This document shows positions 17,884 through 27,382 of a stretch of 64,000 bases of DNA, piece after piece. Origin of the DNA: an uncultured Acidimicrobiaceae bacterium (GTDB lineage: Bacteria > Actinomycetota > Acidimicrobiia > Acidimicrobiales > SZUA-35). The stretch's first letter is position 1, and every line of letters starts with the position of its first letter. Made by a program: the position numbers and the translations under genes. A model generated the notes under the pieces. The model ran no database searches and was not told the origin of the DNA. It saw nothing but the letters and a program-made list of their open reading frames with translations. The stretch is taken from assembly GCA_964648795.1 (NCBI GenBank), contig CAZYMB010000008.1, forward strand, positions 8,401 to 72,400, in the 5' to 3' direction.

Positions 17884-20571
17884 GTGACTAGAATACAGTT
17901 TCGAGCGAACCAGGATTTGGCGGGCATGCTAAGCAGAATTTCACAATTTTTTGCAAAGACAACACCATTGACTTTGTCTCTTTGGTTCTTTGCTCTGGTA
18001 TTCGGCATCTTGGCATACACGACCTGGCTGCCTCGAGAGAGCTTCCCGGCAATCGAAGTTCCAACTGCAGTTGCTGGCGGACAGTTCTTTGCTCCCGATG
18101 GTTCAATACTTTCACCGGATGAAATAGATGAACTAATACTCCCACTAATCACCGAAATTCAAAACAACCCCGATGTCGAAAGCTTGACATCCATCAGCCG
18201 ACCAAACTCATTCCAAATGGTCTTGCAGGCAAGAGATGGGCTTACAGCCGAAGACGCTAGCAATTTCCTGAGCGAAGGATACGATGCAGCTGGGCTAGAA
18301 AACTTTGAGTTTCGTTCTAACCCTTTTAACATTGCCCTCCTCCTTGGCGAGTTCAACTCTCTAGTCGGCGTACGAGGTACAGCTGACAGTACCCCAATTG
18401 AGATTGAAGCAGAGGCGCAGGTTCTTGTAGATGCAATCTCAGCTAGGCCTGGCGTCCAAAGCGCTGCTGTCGTGCCACTGACAGCAACGGGCCCAGATGA
18501 ATCTGGAGAACTGGCCACACGCCAGGTTGCTTTCAACCTGCTAACTGGCCAAGATGGTGCCGATAATAGCTTCAATCAGGCAGGGACTGTTGGCGTTGTT
18601 GGTGAAGATGGGGTAGATGCCATCGAACTTAGAGACACCGTCCAAATAGCAATAGATGAGGTCAATACTTCTGGGGCCCTCGCAGATGGTTTTGAGACCT
18701 TTGTTGCGTTTGACTCAGCTTCTCAAATCGAAACCGAGATTGGCTCGCTGCAAAGCAACGTAATTTCTGGAATCATCGTCGTCGCAATTGTTGCTCTAAT
18801 CCTTATAACATGGCGCGCCTCAATCATCGCAGCTGCCTTTGTCTTTACTGTGATCGCCACTTCGGTTGGTGTTCTGTTTGTCGTTGGAATCACACTCAAT
18901 ACAATCTCACTATTCGGTATTGTTCTTGCGCTCGGTTTATTCGTCGACGACGCCATAGTTATCTCCGAAGCAATATATAATTTCCGCCTAGCTGATGAGG
19001 GCTACCTAAGATCCATTGGCCGAGCGATCCGCAAGGTTGGGGCTGCAAGTGTTTCCGGAACTTTAACCACAATTCTTGTATTTGTTCCGATGCTGTTCAT
19101 TTCTGGGACACTCGGTGCCTTCATTTTCATACTCCCGATTTCGGTGATGATTGCCCTTGGCGTTTCTTTAGTTCTTTCACTCATTTTGATTCCGTTTGCA
19201 GGCCGTTTCCTAATCATCCCTGCCGACACCAAACCAAGTATCAGCGGTCGAATCCAAGAGAAACTAGCTGGTGGCCTTGCATCCCTAATAGGTGGAGGCA
19301 AGTTGGGTTTCGTCGGAGCCATTGGCGGAATAGCTCTAAGCCTGGGCCTCACGGCCGTTGGCATCGGGGTACTCGCACCACAACTAGCCTTCGATATCTT
19401 CCCAGCAGCTAGTGATTCAATTGACATCACAGTTGGAATCAGCGACTTTGAAGAAGGCACCACTATTGAAGAAGCAAACGAATTAGTGCTAGAAATCAAT
19501 CAACGGGCATCCGCTGCACTCGGCGAAGAACTTCTTAGCGGCTACATTTCTCAAGGAAACACTCGATTGGTTGAGGGTTTCTTTAGAGTCACAGAAATTG
19601 GCAGCCGCCCACCGGTCCCAGAACTAGTTGAAACACTACTAGATCCACTCGAAGAAGAATATGCAGACAGGGCCCGTGTTAATTTCGACAGTCTGTCGGT
19701 TGGCCCACCAGCAGATCCATTCCCATTCAAATTGCAGATATTCGGAGACGATCTTGAAACTCTGCAAACCGCTGCAACAGAAATCGAAGCAGAACTTACT
19801 AACCTGACGATCGGCGAAGACGACAATGCTTTCATGGTTCTAGAGACTCGTACATCAGGCATCGATACGGTAGCTAGATCCGGTAATGATCGATTCCTTG
19901 AAGTCGAGGCACGATTCGACTTGGCTGTTGCCACCACTACAACTTCTGAAACACGAGATCACCTGCAGGAAATCTTTGACGAAGACGCTCTTGTTGCGTT
20001 GGGTCTCGACGAAGACGCTCTTCAATTTGACTTTGGCCTCGAGTCTGAAAATCAAGAGTCATTCAATTCACTTCCAATAGCATTCGGTGCAGCACTAATC
20101 GCAATGGTCTTACTCTTAGCGGTCCAGTTCAGATCATTCACTCAGTGGGTGCTAGTAATTCTGGCTATTCCATTCTCTTTCTTCGGAGTGTTCGGTGGAC
20201 TGCTACTAACTGGCCATCCAATAAGTTTCTTCGTCATGATCGGCTTCCTCAGCCTTATGGGAATCGCAGTAAACAACACAATCTTATTGGTCGACTTTGC
20301 TAACCAAGAGCGTAGCGAAGGTGCAACTGCTGTTGAAGCTATCCAAGTGGCGGTACGCAGACGTTTCCGTCCACTTGTGGCCACAACGTTTACAACTATT
20401 GGTGGACTACTGCCACTTGCACTATCAGACCCATTCTGGGAGCCATTGGGCTACACCGTTATCTTCGGTCTAATCTCAAGTACTTTCCTAGTACTTGTGG
20501 CCTTCCCTTACTACTACTTAGGCTTGGAGTGGACAAGAAGCAAGGTGCAAACCCCTTGGCGACGCTACTAG
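17884..20571 (+). CDS. RND-superfamily efflux transporter permease (AcrB-like), no adjacent adaptor gene
   Basis: 895 aa with a GTG start. It has two TM bundles with large loops, the AcrB-type motif GLFVDDAIVISEAI, and a second-half repeat (GIAVNNTILLVDFANQER). Confidence 0.8.
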   Translation: MTRIQFRANQDLAGMLSRISQFFAKTTPLTLSLWFFALVFGILAYTTWLPRESFPAIEVPTAVAGGQFFAPDGSILSPDEIDELILPLITEIQNNPDVESLTSISRPNSFQMVLQARDGLTAEDASNFLSEGYDAAGLENFEFRSNPFNIALLLGEFNSLVGVRGTADSTPIEIEAEAQVLVDAISARPGVQSAAVVPLTATGPDESGELATRQVAFNLLTGQDGADNSFNQAGTVGVVGEDGVDAIELRDTVQIAIDEVNTSGALADGFETFVAFDSASQIETEIGSLQSNVISGIIVVAIVALILITWRASIIAAAFVFTVIATSVGVLFVVGITLNTISLFGIVLALGLFVDDAIVISEAIYNFRLADEGYLRSIGRAIRKVGAASVSGTLTTILVFVPMLFISGTLGAFIFILPISVMIALGVSLVLSLILIPFAGRFLIIPADTKPSISGRIQEKLAGGLASLIGGGKLGFVGAIGGIALSLGLTAVGIGVLAPQLAFDIFPAASDSIDITVGISDFEEGTTIEEANELVLEINQRASAALGEELLSGYISQGNTRLVEGFFRVTEIGSRPPVPELVETLLDPLEEEYADRARVNFDSLSVGPPADPFPFKLQIFGDDLETLQTAATEIEAELTNLTIGEDDNAFMVLETRTSGIDTVARSGNDRFLEVEARFDLAVATTTTSETRDHLQEIFDEDALVALGLDEDALQFDFGLESENQESFNSLPIAFGAALIAMVLLLAVQFRSFTQWVLVILAIPFSFFGVFGGLLLTGHPISFFVMIGFLSLMGIAVNNTILLVDFANQERSEGATAVEAIQVAVRRRFRPLVATTFTTIGGLLPLALSDPFWEPLGYTVIFGLISSTFLVLVAFPYYYLGLEWTRSKVQTPWRRY

Positions 20572-20601
20572 CAGATGGCTGTGTCCTATAGTTGAGGCAC
20601 T

Positions 20602-21003
20602 GTGATAAGCGTTACAAAAGCACTGAGCATTGATGAAGAAGAGCTTTCATGGCGTTATAGCACTTCCGGTGGACCTGGTGGCCAGCACGCCAATAGAGCC
20701 AAAACCAGAGTTGAATTGACGTTTTCAATTGTGGATTCAGACTCATTAACAGAACAACAACGCCAACAGCTATCCAAGCGGCTAGGGGCGACAGTCATAC
20801 TGACAGTAGATGAATCTCGGTCCCAACATCGCAACAAGCAAATAGCCATGGACAGGTTGGCAGACAAGCTGCGCATAGCTTTACGGCCAGTCAAAAAACG
20901 AAAGCCGACAAAGCCTACCAAAGGCTCTAGAAAGCGAAACCAGAAGGCTAAGCAGCACAGAAGCGAAACAAAGTCCAATCGTAAACCAATCAAAGACTTC
21001 TAG
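20602..21003 (+). CDS. arfB: Alternative ribosome-rescue factor ArfB (peptidyl-tRNA hydrolase, GGQ domain)
   Basis: 133 aa. It has the GGQ motif (SGGPGGQHANR), SQHRNK and a Lys/Arg-rich C-terminal tail. Confidence 0.85.
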   Translation: MISVTKALSIDEEELSWRYSTSGGPGGQHANRAKTRVELTFSIVDSDSLTEQQRQQLSKRLGATVILTVDESRSQHRNKQIAMDRLADKLRIALRPVKKRKPTKPTKGSRKRNQKAKQHRSETKSNRKPIKDF

Positions 21004-21078
21004 GTCTAGAGCCGTCATATGCGATAGATTGTCAATACCGTCTGGGGCTAACCAGTTGAACACTTTCTAGGAGAACAA

Positions 21079-22434
21079 ATGAGAGAAGCAGAATTCGTAG
21101 TTATTGGTTTAGGCCCAGCAGGCGAAAACGTTGGCGGCCAGCTCGGCAAAGCTGGCAAAAAAGTCATCGGTATAGAGGCCTCTCTAGTAGGCGGCGAATG
21201 TCCTTACTGGGGTTGTGTCCCATCGAAGATGGCCATTAGAGCAGCTAACTCTCTAGCAGAGGCGAGTCGGGTTAATGAACTCGCAGGATCTGCAACACCC
21301 ACTCCAGATTGGGCGCCCGTAGCAAAACGAATTCGTGAACAAGCTACAGATAACTGGAACGACCAAGTAGCCGTCGACCGCTTCACTGATGCTGGTGGAG
21401 AATTTATTCGTGGCCGAGCAAAGCTAATCGGGCCAGGATTAGTCGAAGTTAACGGAGAAGAAATCACTGCCACTGAGGGCATAATTTTAGCCACAGGTAC
21501 CATGGCAGCAGTTCCTCCAATCGAAGGCCTAGCCGACACACCGTACTGGACCAACCATCACATCATCGAAACAGAAGTTGTCCCATCTAGCTTGGTTGTG
21601 CTCGGTGGCGGACCAATCGGTTTAGAAATGGCACAAGTCATGAGCCGTTTCGGTGCAGATGTTACAGTCATAGAAGGCGCAGACCGTATCCTCACACGTA
21701 ATGAACCTGAGGCGTCTGAAGCGCTAACTACTGCATTCGAAGCCGAGAATATCAAAGTGCTCACTGGCCAATTCGCTTCAAGTGTCAGCCACGCAGACAA
21801 CAGTTTCACAGTTACTTTGGCCGATGGCACAACTGTTACTGGCGAGAAACTCTTGGTAGCGACAGGTCGAGATCGTCTTCTAAAAGAACTCGGAGTCGAT
21901 GCTCTCGGTATAGATTCTTCAACTACAAGAGCACTAAAGGTAGGGCCAGATCAGAAAGTGCAAGATGGGCTTTGGGCTGTTGGCGATGTTACTGAGACTG
22001 GCCTCTTTACCCACATCGCTGTTCGTCAAGCTTCGATCGCTGCAAACTCAATACTCGGCCAGCCATTTGAACCGATCAAGACCAGTGCAATTTCTGCTGT
22101 CACCTTCACCGACCCGGAGGTAGGTTCTGTAGGACTAACCGAAGCCGAGGCGAAAGAACAAGGTCTCAATGTCAATACAGCAGTTAAGCTAGTGGGCCAC
22201 ACTGCACGTGGCTGGCTACATTCTGCTGGAAACGAAGGCGTCATTAAGTTAGTAGTTGACACTGACCGCAATGTACTAGTTGGCGCAACGTCGGCCGGTC
22301 CACACGGAGGAGAAGTCTTGGGTCTTCTCTCACTAGCTGTTCACGCCGAAGTCACAATTGATCAGCTAATGACAATGATTTATGCCTACCCGACGTTCCA
22401 TAGAGGTATTGAAGACACACTCGGTGATTTGTAG
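21079..22434 (+). CDS. FAD-dependent pyridine nucleotide-disulfide oxidoreductase (class I, lipoamide dehydrogenase/mercuric reductase-like)
   Basis: 451 aa. Motifs are GLGPAG (FAD), the redox disulfide GGECPYWGCVPSK, a second Rossmann motif VLGGGPIGLE, and the C-terminal dimerisation region with YAYPTFH. Confidence 0.8.
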   Translation: MREAEFVVIGLGPAGENVGGQLGKAGKKVIGIEASLVGGECPYWGCVPSKMAIRAANSLAEASRVNELAGSATPTPDWAPVAKRIREQATDNWNDQVAVDRFTDAGGEFIRGRAKLIGPGLVEVNGEEITATEGIILATGTMAAVPPIEGLADTPYWTNHHIIETEVVPSSLVVLGGGPIGLEMAQVMSRFGADVTVIEGADRILTRNEPEASEALTTAFEAENIKVLTGQFASSVSHADNSFTVTLADGTTVTGEKLLVATGRDRLLKELGVDALGIDSSTTRALKVGPDQKVQDGLWAVGDVTETGLFTHIAVRQASIAANSILGQPFEPIKTSAISAVTFTDPEVGSVGLTEAEAKEQGLNVNTAVKLVGHTARGWLHSAGNEGVIKLVVDTDRNVLVGATSAGPHGGEVLGLLSLAVHAEVTIDQLMTMIYAYPTFHRGIEDTLGDL

Positions 22435-22437
22435 CGA

Positions 22438-23883
22438 CTAACTTTGGGAGAGGCTGAAGCCACCAACTCCAGTTTGTAACTCAAAGCCACTTCCTGGACC
22501 AGCACCTGTATCTGCTGAACCATCAATGGGTCCAACAAATGCACTAGCTGCTACCCGTTTTCCGTTACTGCCATCTGAGGTGAGATTATTGGACGCTTGC
22601 GCTGAACCTTGGTTAGCGAAGTCCGTTCCATTTGAGAAGAGGGTGTTATTGCGGATGACTCCGCCGGAGCCTTCCTCTGCCAGAATCCCTGTGTTCCCAG
22701 CACGAAATACAACATTGTTTTCGACCACCGCATTATTTGAATCAAACCTAATGCCAATAGCGCTGTTGCATCTATTTCCATCTCCACCAGTGCCACTCGC
22801 CGATATATCGTGGATAACGTTGCCGATTATCGTTAGGTTTTTGGAAGAATTAACTCTGACCGCAGCCTCGCACCAGGAGTCAATGTTGAAGATGTGGTTA
22901 TTGCGAACAGTTACGTCAAAGGTTGAACTCTTAACGTTAACTGCTTCAGAAGTAGCGTTCCCGTTGTCGTGAAGAACATTATTTTCGACAGTTATATTAT
23001 TAGTAATGTCTCCAGCTTTAGCTCCATTACCTACGTATACGAGTTCACCGAACACAGAGTACCTCAAGGATTGACTGGTGTCAGTACCTGGCCGGTTTCC
23101 TGTATTTGAGATATCGCAGCCAGCGACCCTCACTTGAGAAGAACCATCACGCACATGGAAACCTTCTTGTCCTGTACCTGAAATAACACAATTGAGTACC
23201 TCAACCTGTTGAGAAGCATTTACTCCGATTCCTCTCATCGAGTTTGTAGCCTCAAGACCGTTAACAACGATATGGCTAGAGTTGTCGACAGATACCGCTG
23301 ATGTACTTGGGCCCGCTTCGACACCCCCGAGAGAAAAAACTGCTCCTCCATCTGGCGCGGTGAACTCAATTGGGTTATCCGGCTGTCCATTTTTACCGTT
23401 TATAAGAAGGTGCCCATAATTACCTGGCGCAAAGCAGACAACATCACCCGGGCCAGCCTGTCCAACAGCACCTGCAACGTTGCCACCAGAGCTAACCTGA
23501 ATTGTACAAGATCCGCCGCCGCCAATCTGGCTCTGTTGTGAGCCAGCTGTAATCTGTCGTTGGGACTGGTTGCCTGTGTTTGGCAGCTGATCTTGTCCTT
23601 GAACTCTAAGATTGCTATCGCTAAGATCTTGTCCTTGAACTCTAAGATTGCTATCGCTAAGAGTTGTTGGAGTATTTGTTGCTGCACTAGATCTTGAGAC
23701 ATCCAACTCTAGATTGTCTGCTACGTCTTGTGTACTAGGCGCTGACTGTGCGACCTGAATTGCATCAGAGTCTCCACCAAAACTGAAAACTACAACCAAC
23801 AAAAGCATCACCAAAAGTACACTGCCTGTTATGAGATTCTTCTTTGACATGTTTGCCGTCAAACTCGCCCACAGTTTCGCCAT
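22438..23883 (-). CDS. Membrane-anchored right-handed parallel beta-helix repeat protein
   Basis: 481 aa with an N-terminal TM helix (LITGSVLLVMLLLVVVF). About 22-residue turns recur, with Asn/Gly ladders (VVNGLEATNS, VLNCVISGTGQEG, VENNVLHDNGN, VRNNHIFNI, IIGNVIHDI, VENNVVFRAGN, IRNNTLFSNG). Confidence 0.7.
   Translation of the reverse strand: MAKLWASLTANMSKKNLITGSVLLVMLLLVVVFSFGGDSDAIQVAQSAPSTQDVADNLELDVSRSSAATNTPTTLSDSNLRVQGQDLSDSNLRVQGQDQLPNTGNQSQRQITAGSQQSQIGGGGSCTIQVSSGGNVAGAVGQAGPGDVVCFAPGNYGHLLINGKNGQPDNPIEFTAPDGGAVFSLGGVEAGPSTSAVSVDNSSHIVVNGLEATNSMRGIGVNASQQVEVLNCVISGTGQEGFHVRDGSSQVRVAGCDISNTGNRPGTDTSQSLRYSVFGELVYVGNGAKAGDITNNITVENNVLHDNGNATSEAVNVKSSTFDVTVRNNHIFNIDSWCEAAVRVNSSKNLTIIGNVIHDISASGTGGDGNRCNSAIGIRFDSNNAVVENNVVFRAGNTGILAEEGSGGVIRNNTLFSNGTDFANQGSAQASNNLTSDGSNGKRVAASAFVGPIDGSADTGAGPGSGFELQTGVGGFSLSQS
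23589..23660. repeat. Perfect 36-bp tandem duplication (2 copies) inside the beta-helix protein gene
   Basis: GATCTTGTCCTTGAACTCTAAGATTGCTATCGCTAA occurs at 23589..23624 and again at 23625..23660. It encodes the duplicated peptide SDSNLRVQGQD(L/Q) in the linker after the TM anchor. Confidence 0.9.
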
Positions 23884-23976
23884 AAGACCCAGGGTACCAT
23901 AGGCAGAACTGCTTAGCTAGCCGGTCTTAAAGTCATCAATAACTCAAGCAAGCTAAGCAACTAAACTTGCTACTAA

Positions 23977-24657
23977 ATGACTAGTATCGGCACCCTAAAT
24001 GAAAGCCCGCTTCACGCTGCGCTTAAAGAGTCATACAGACGCCCCGGCGACGAGGTAGAGGTCCCAACCGAAGGCTTCGTGGCTGATCTACGCAATGGAG
24101 ATTCAATTATCGAGATTCAAACTGGCAGCTTTTCGGCCATGCGTAACAAGTTCGATACATTATTAGACCGCTATCAGATTTTGCTAGTTCATCCAATCGC
24201 TCAAACCAAGTATGTACTCAAACATGATAAAGATGGGAACCAGCTGTCTCGTAGAAAGTCCCCAAAGAGGGGAGTACTTAGCGACATCTGCCGTGAGCTT
24301 TCTTCTTTCCCAATGCTGCTTAGCCACCCGCATTTTACACTCGATGTCGTAATGGCCGATATCGAAGAAGTTCGCAGCCCTAACGCTACGGCCAAAAGAC
24401 GCAGAGGAGACTTAGCTGTCGAGTATCGCCAACTCATCGAGACTAAAGAGGTGTATCACTTCACCGAACCAGACGATCTACTACAGATACTGCCGCCCCA
24501 ACTGCCAGATACGTTCACAACTAAAGACATTGCTACCGGACTTGATGTGAGTAGGAACAAGGCACAAAACGTCGCTTATTGCCTTAGGACCGCTGAAGCA
24601 ATATACGAAGTCGACCGAAGCAAGGCCGGTATCCGTTATCGAAGGTTCGATACATGA
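23977..24657 (+). CDS. Uncharacterised protein, putative PD-(D/E)xK / CoiA-like nuclease with a C-terminal winged-helix-like region
   Basis: 226 aa. GFVADL...GDSIIEIQTGSF resembles the D...E-x-Q core seen in CoiA-type PD-(D/E)xK nucleases. The C-terminus (FTTKDIATGLDVSRNKAQNVAYCLRTAEAIYEV) looks like an HTH/wHTH. There is a 4-nt ATGA overlap with the next gene. The fold call is inference. Confidence 0.5.
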   Translation: MTSIGTLNESPLHAALKESYRRPGDEVEVPTEGFVADLRNGDSIIEIQTGSFSAMRNKFDTLLDRYQILLVHPIAQTKYVLKHDKDGNQLSRRKSPKRGVLSDICRELSSFPMLLSHPHFTLDVVMADIEEVRSPNATAKRRRGDLAVEYRQLIETKEVYHFTEPDDLLQILPPQLPDTFTTKDIATGLDVSRNKAQNVAYCLRTAEAIYEVDRSKAGIRYRRFDT

Positions 24658-25331
24658 CAGCTTTAGCTTTTGACTACTCCGTCAAGCGATCTCGCCGCAA
24701 ATCAATTGGTATCTATGTTCAAGATGGATCTGTAGAAGTGCGAGCTCCAAGGTATGTCAACTTGGGTGAGATCAACTCTTTTGTTACCGCCGAAGCCGAT
24801 TGGGTTGAGAAAAAACTATTAGAAGCGCATCGGAAGAGCTCAGAGAAGCCCAAGCTGGCACATGGCCAGGAGTTTCTGTTCTATGGACAAGTACGTATCC
24901 TGGACTTCCAGCCCGGGGAGTCAGAGGTCTATGAAGACGGCAACCACATTGTCATCTCACATAACCTTTTTACTGACATCGAAGAACTGTTCACTGACTG
25001 GGTAAAGACACAGGCCCAACAATATTTGGATGAACGCATCCCCGAGTTGGCAGAATACATGGATGTTGCCGACGTAGTCTCAGAAATTAAATACAAGAGG
25101 ACCAAAAGTAAGTGGGGCCACTGCACTAGCGAGGGGAAGCTTCAGTTCAACTGGTTGATTATGTTGGCTCCACCAGATGTGATCGATTATGTTGTCATAC
25201 ACGAACTAGCCCACATGTACTATTTGGATCATTCGAAACAGTTTTGGTCTTTGGTAGGGGAGTACTGCCCCAACTATGAGACACATCGGAAATGGCTAAA
25301 CACAAACCAGCATCGGCTTTGGTTTGACTAG
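24654..25331 (+). CDS. YgjP-like zinc metallopeptidase/hydrolase (DUF45, M48-like)
   Basis: 225 aa. It has the HExxH motif in the typical DUF45 context (DYVVIHELAHMYYLDHSKQFWSLV) and an upstream KWGHC segment. Confidence 0.8.
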   Translation: MTALAFDYSVKRSRRKSIGIYVQDGSVEVRAPRYVNLGEINSFVTAEADWVEKKLLEAHRKSSEKPKLAHGQEFLFYGQVRILDFQPGESEVYEDGNHIVISHNLFTDIEELFTDWVKTQAQQYLDERIPELAEYMDVADVVSEIKYKRTKSKWGHCTSEGKLQFNWLIMLAPPDVIDYVVIHELAHMYYLDHSKQFWSLVGEYCPNYETHRKWLNTNQHRLWFD

Positions 25332-25343
25332 CGCCTCATCTGC

Positions 25344-26243
25344 CTAAACCGTTCCTGTGGCTTCGATTGTACCCATGCGTCCTGCTTGGAAGTCAATTAT
25401 CGCTTCCTGCAATTCGCTTCGTTCGTTCATAACAAAGGGCCCCTGTCGGACCATCGGCTCATCGATTGGTTCGCCGGTCATCACCATGCAATCGAGGGGC
25501 GCTTCTGAGTCGCCGGGTACCGAAACAGCAACATCGCCACCAGAAGTATCGAAGATAGCTAACTTTTGCGAGCCAACGGTTTGGCTATCGAGGTTGGCTG
25601 AGCCTGCAAATATATATAGTGCAGCTGTGTGGCCTTCTGGCACAACAAACTGAAGTTCTGCTCCTGGTTCTGCTGTTAGGCGAGCGTAGCCAACGGGGGT
25701 ATGAGTCTTTGCGGGCCCGGTAACACCAAATAAGTCGCCAGAGACAACAGTTGCTCTCCAACCAGGCCCACTCGCTTCTGCTAAAGAGCTGGCAGGTAAT
25801 GCTTGATAGTTGGGTTGTGTACGCCGCAACGCTGCCGGCAAGTTAACCCAAAGTTGTATACCGTGACCTAGTCCACCTTCTCGCTGTATTCGTTCGCTTG
25901 GCATTTCTTCATGCACAATTCCATCGCCTGCGGTCATCCACTGAACATCGCCAGGACCAATGATGCCATGGTTGCCGGCCGAGTCTTTGTGTTCCATTTC
26001 ACCTTCAAGGACGAAAGTCACGGTTTCAAACCCACGATGTGGATGAGCGGGTGCTCCAACTGGCTCACTGTTTGGTTCGTGATAGGTCGGAGCCATTTCG
26101 TCAAGCAATAGGAATGGGTCTACCCAATTGAGTTCTGTAATTGGGAATGGCCTAAACACGGTAAAGCCACCGCCTTCGATAGCTGTGACAGAGTCAACTA
26201 TTCGATTTAGTGATCTAGTTGCTGAGCTATTCGGAGTTGTCAT
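25344..26243 (-). CDS. Pirin family protein (bicupin)
   Basis: 299 aa. It has the metal-binding motif HPHRGFETVTFVLEGEMEHKDS and a second cupin half. Confidence 0.85.
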   Translation of the reverse strand: MTTPNSSATRSLNRIVDSVTAIEGGGFTVFRPFPITELNWVDPFLLLDEMAPTYHEPNSEPVGAPAHPHRGFETVTFVLEGEMEHKDSAGNHGIIGPGDVQWMTAGDGIVHEEMPSERIQREGGLGHGIQLWVNLPAALRRTQPNYQALPASSLAEASGPGWRATVVSGDLFGVTGPAKTHTPVGYARLTAEPGAELQFVVPEGHTAALYIFAGSANLDSQTVGSQKLAIFDTSGGDVAVSVPGDSEAPLDCMVMTGEPIDEPMVRQGPFVMNERSELQEAIIDFQAGRMGTIEATGTV

Positions 26244-26332
26244 AGAGGGCCTTTATGGAAGTGGTTCCAGTAGCTTAGCTGATTTTTCTCATTTGCCCGT
26301 AAGCTGGAATAGGCGAAAAGGCGGTAAATAGG

Positions 26333-27382
26333 ATGAAATTAGCGAACTTTGGGTTAGTTGGGATTCCGATTCTTATTGTTCTTGGCACAACCGCTGTGGG
26401 TTCAGCTAGTGCTCCTGGACCAAATACCTGCCTCGGTAACCCAGTTACGATCACTGCTCCTTCCGGGCATCTGGAAAATGGTACGCCGATCTTTAGGGGT
26501 ACAACCGGTCGAGATGTAATCTCTGGTACGACTGGCAACGATGTCATTTATGGTTTCAAAGGCAACGATATTATCTGCGGATGGGGTGGCGACGACTCGA
26601 TATTTGCAGGCCAGGGCGCAGACACCGTTTTCTCTGGCGAGGGCGACGACATCGTCCAAGGCGGTTGGGGAGCCGATGTACTTTATGGTGGACCTGGCAA
26701 CGATGTGATCCGTGGCAGCAACGGAGCAGATACCATTTACGGTGAAGCTGGAACGGACAGACTTATTGGAAACCTCGGACACGACACTTTGATTGGCGGA
26801 CCTGATTACGACACTACAAACGGAGGACTTGGTACAGACAACTGCGAAAGCGAAAACGTCTTAACTTGCGAATCCGGAACGCAGAATACATCGAGTAGCG
26901 GGAACACCTCTGCTACGAAATCGACTTCTGGCAATGCCAATACGGCACCAGATTACGCTGGAACGCCTGCTTCCGTGCTAGCAATCGTCGACCATATCTT
27001 TCCTGCTAGCCAGCACGAAAACGTACGTACCATCTTTGCTTGCGAGAATCCTTGGTTGGACCCAACAATAGAGGGGCTCCACAGCCGACCTGAAGACGGA
27101 ATCGACTATGGTTTGTTTCAGATCAACGCCAAGGCTCACACTGATGCCATCCCTAAAGCCCTTCCATCGCTATCGGCGAAGTCTCAGCGAATCTATGCGA
27201 ACAAAGGCCTAATTGGCTCTCTGAAAGATGCGCACTTCAACATTGAGTACGCCTACCATCTAACCCAAACAGAGACCTGGCGTGCCACAATCGACCACCC
27301 CACCTTTGATGCAAATCCATGGCGACGAACCCGCTGGGGAGCCTGGACATGTGGCAAAGACACCACGCCTTGGCACTTCTAG
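26333..27382 (+). CDS. Secreted RTX-type calcium-binding repeat protein with a C-terminal lysozyme-like/transglycosylase-like domain
   Basis: 349 aa with an N-terminal signal-like helix (FGLVGIPILIVLGTTAVGSASA). There are at least 10 GGxGxD-type nonapeptide repeats (GTTGNDVIYGFKGNDIICGWGGDDSIFAGQGADTV...). After a Ser/Thr linker comes IFACENPW...GIDYGLFQIN, resembling the catalytic-Glu and GLxQ motif of SLT/Rpf-type muramidases. Confidence 0.7.
   Translation: MKLANFGLVGIPILIVLGTTAVGSASAPGPNTCLGNPVTITAPSGHLENGTPIFRGTTGRDVISGTTGNDVIYGFKGNDIICGWGGDDSIFAGQGADTVFSGEGDDIVQGGWGADVLYGGPGNDVIRGSNGADTIYGEAGTDRLIGNLGHDTLIGGPDYDTTNGGLGTDNCESENVLTCESGTQNTSSSGNTSATKSTSGNANTAPDYAGTPASVLAIVDHIFPASQHENVRTIFACENPWLDPTIEGLHSRPEDGIDYGLFQINAKAHTDAIPKALPSLSAKSQRIYANKGLIGSLKDAHFNIEYAYHLTQTETWRATIDHPTFDANPWRRTRWGAWTCGKDTTPWHF

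Noticed and set aside
23589-23660. Considered whether the 36-bp repeat could be a CRISPR-like array.
   Set aside because: There are only two directly abutting copies with no spacers, they are in frame inside a coding sequence, and no cas genes are in the window.
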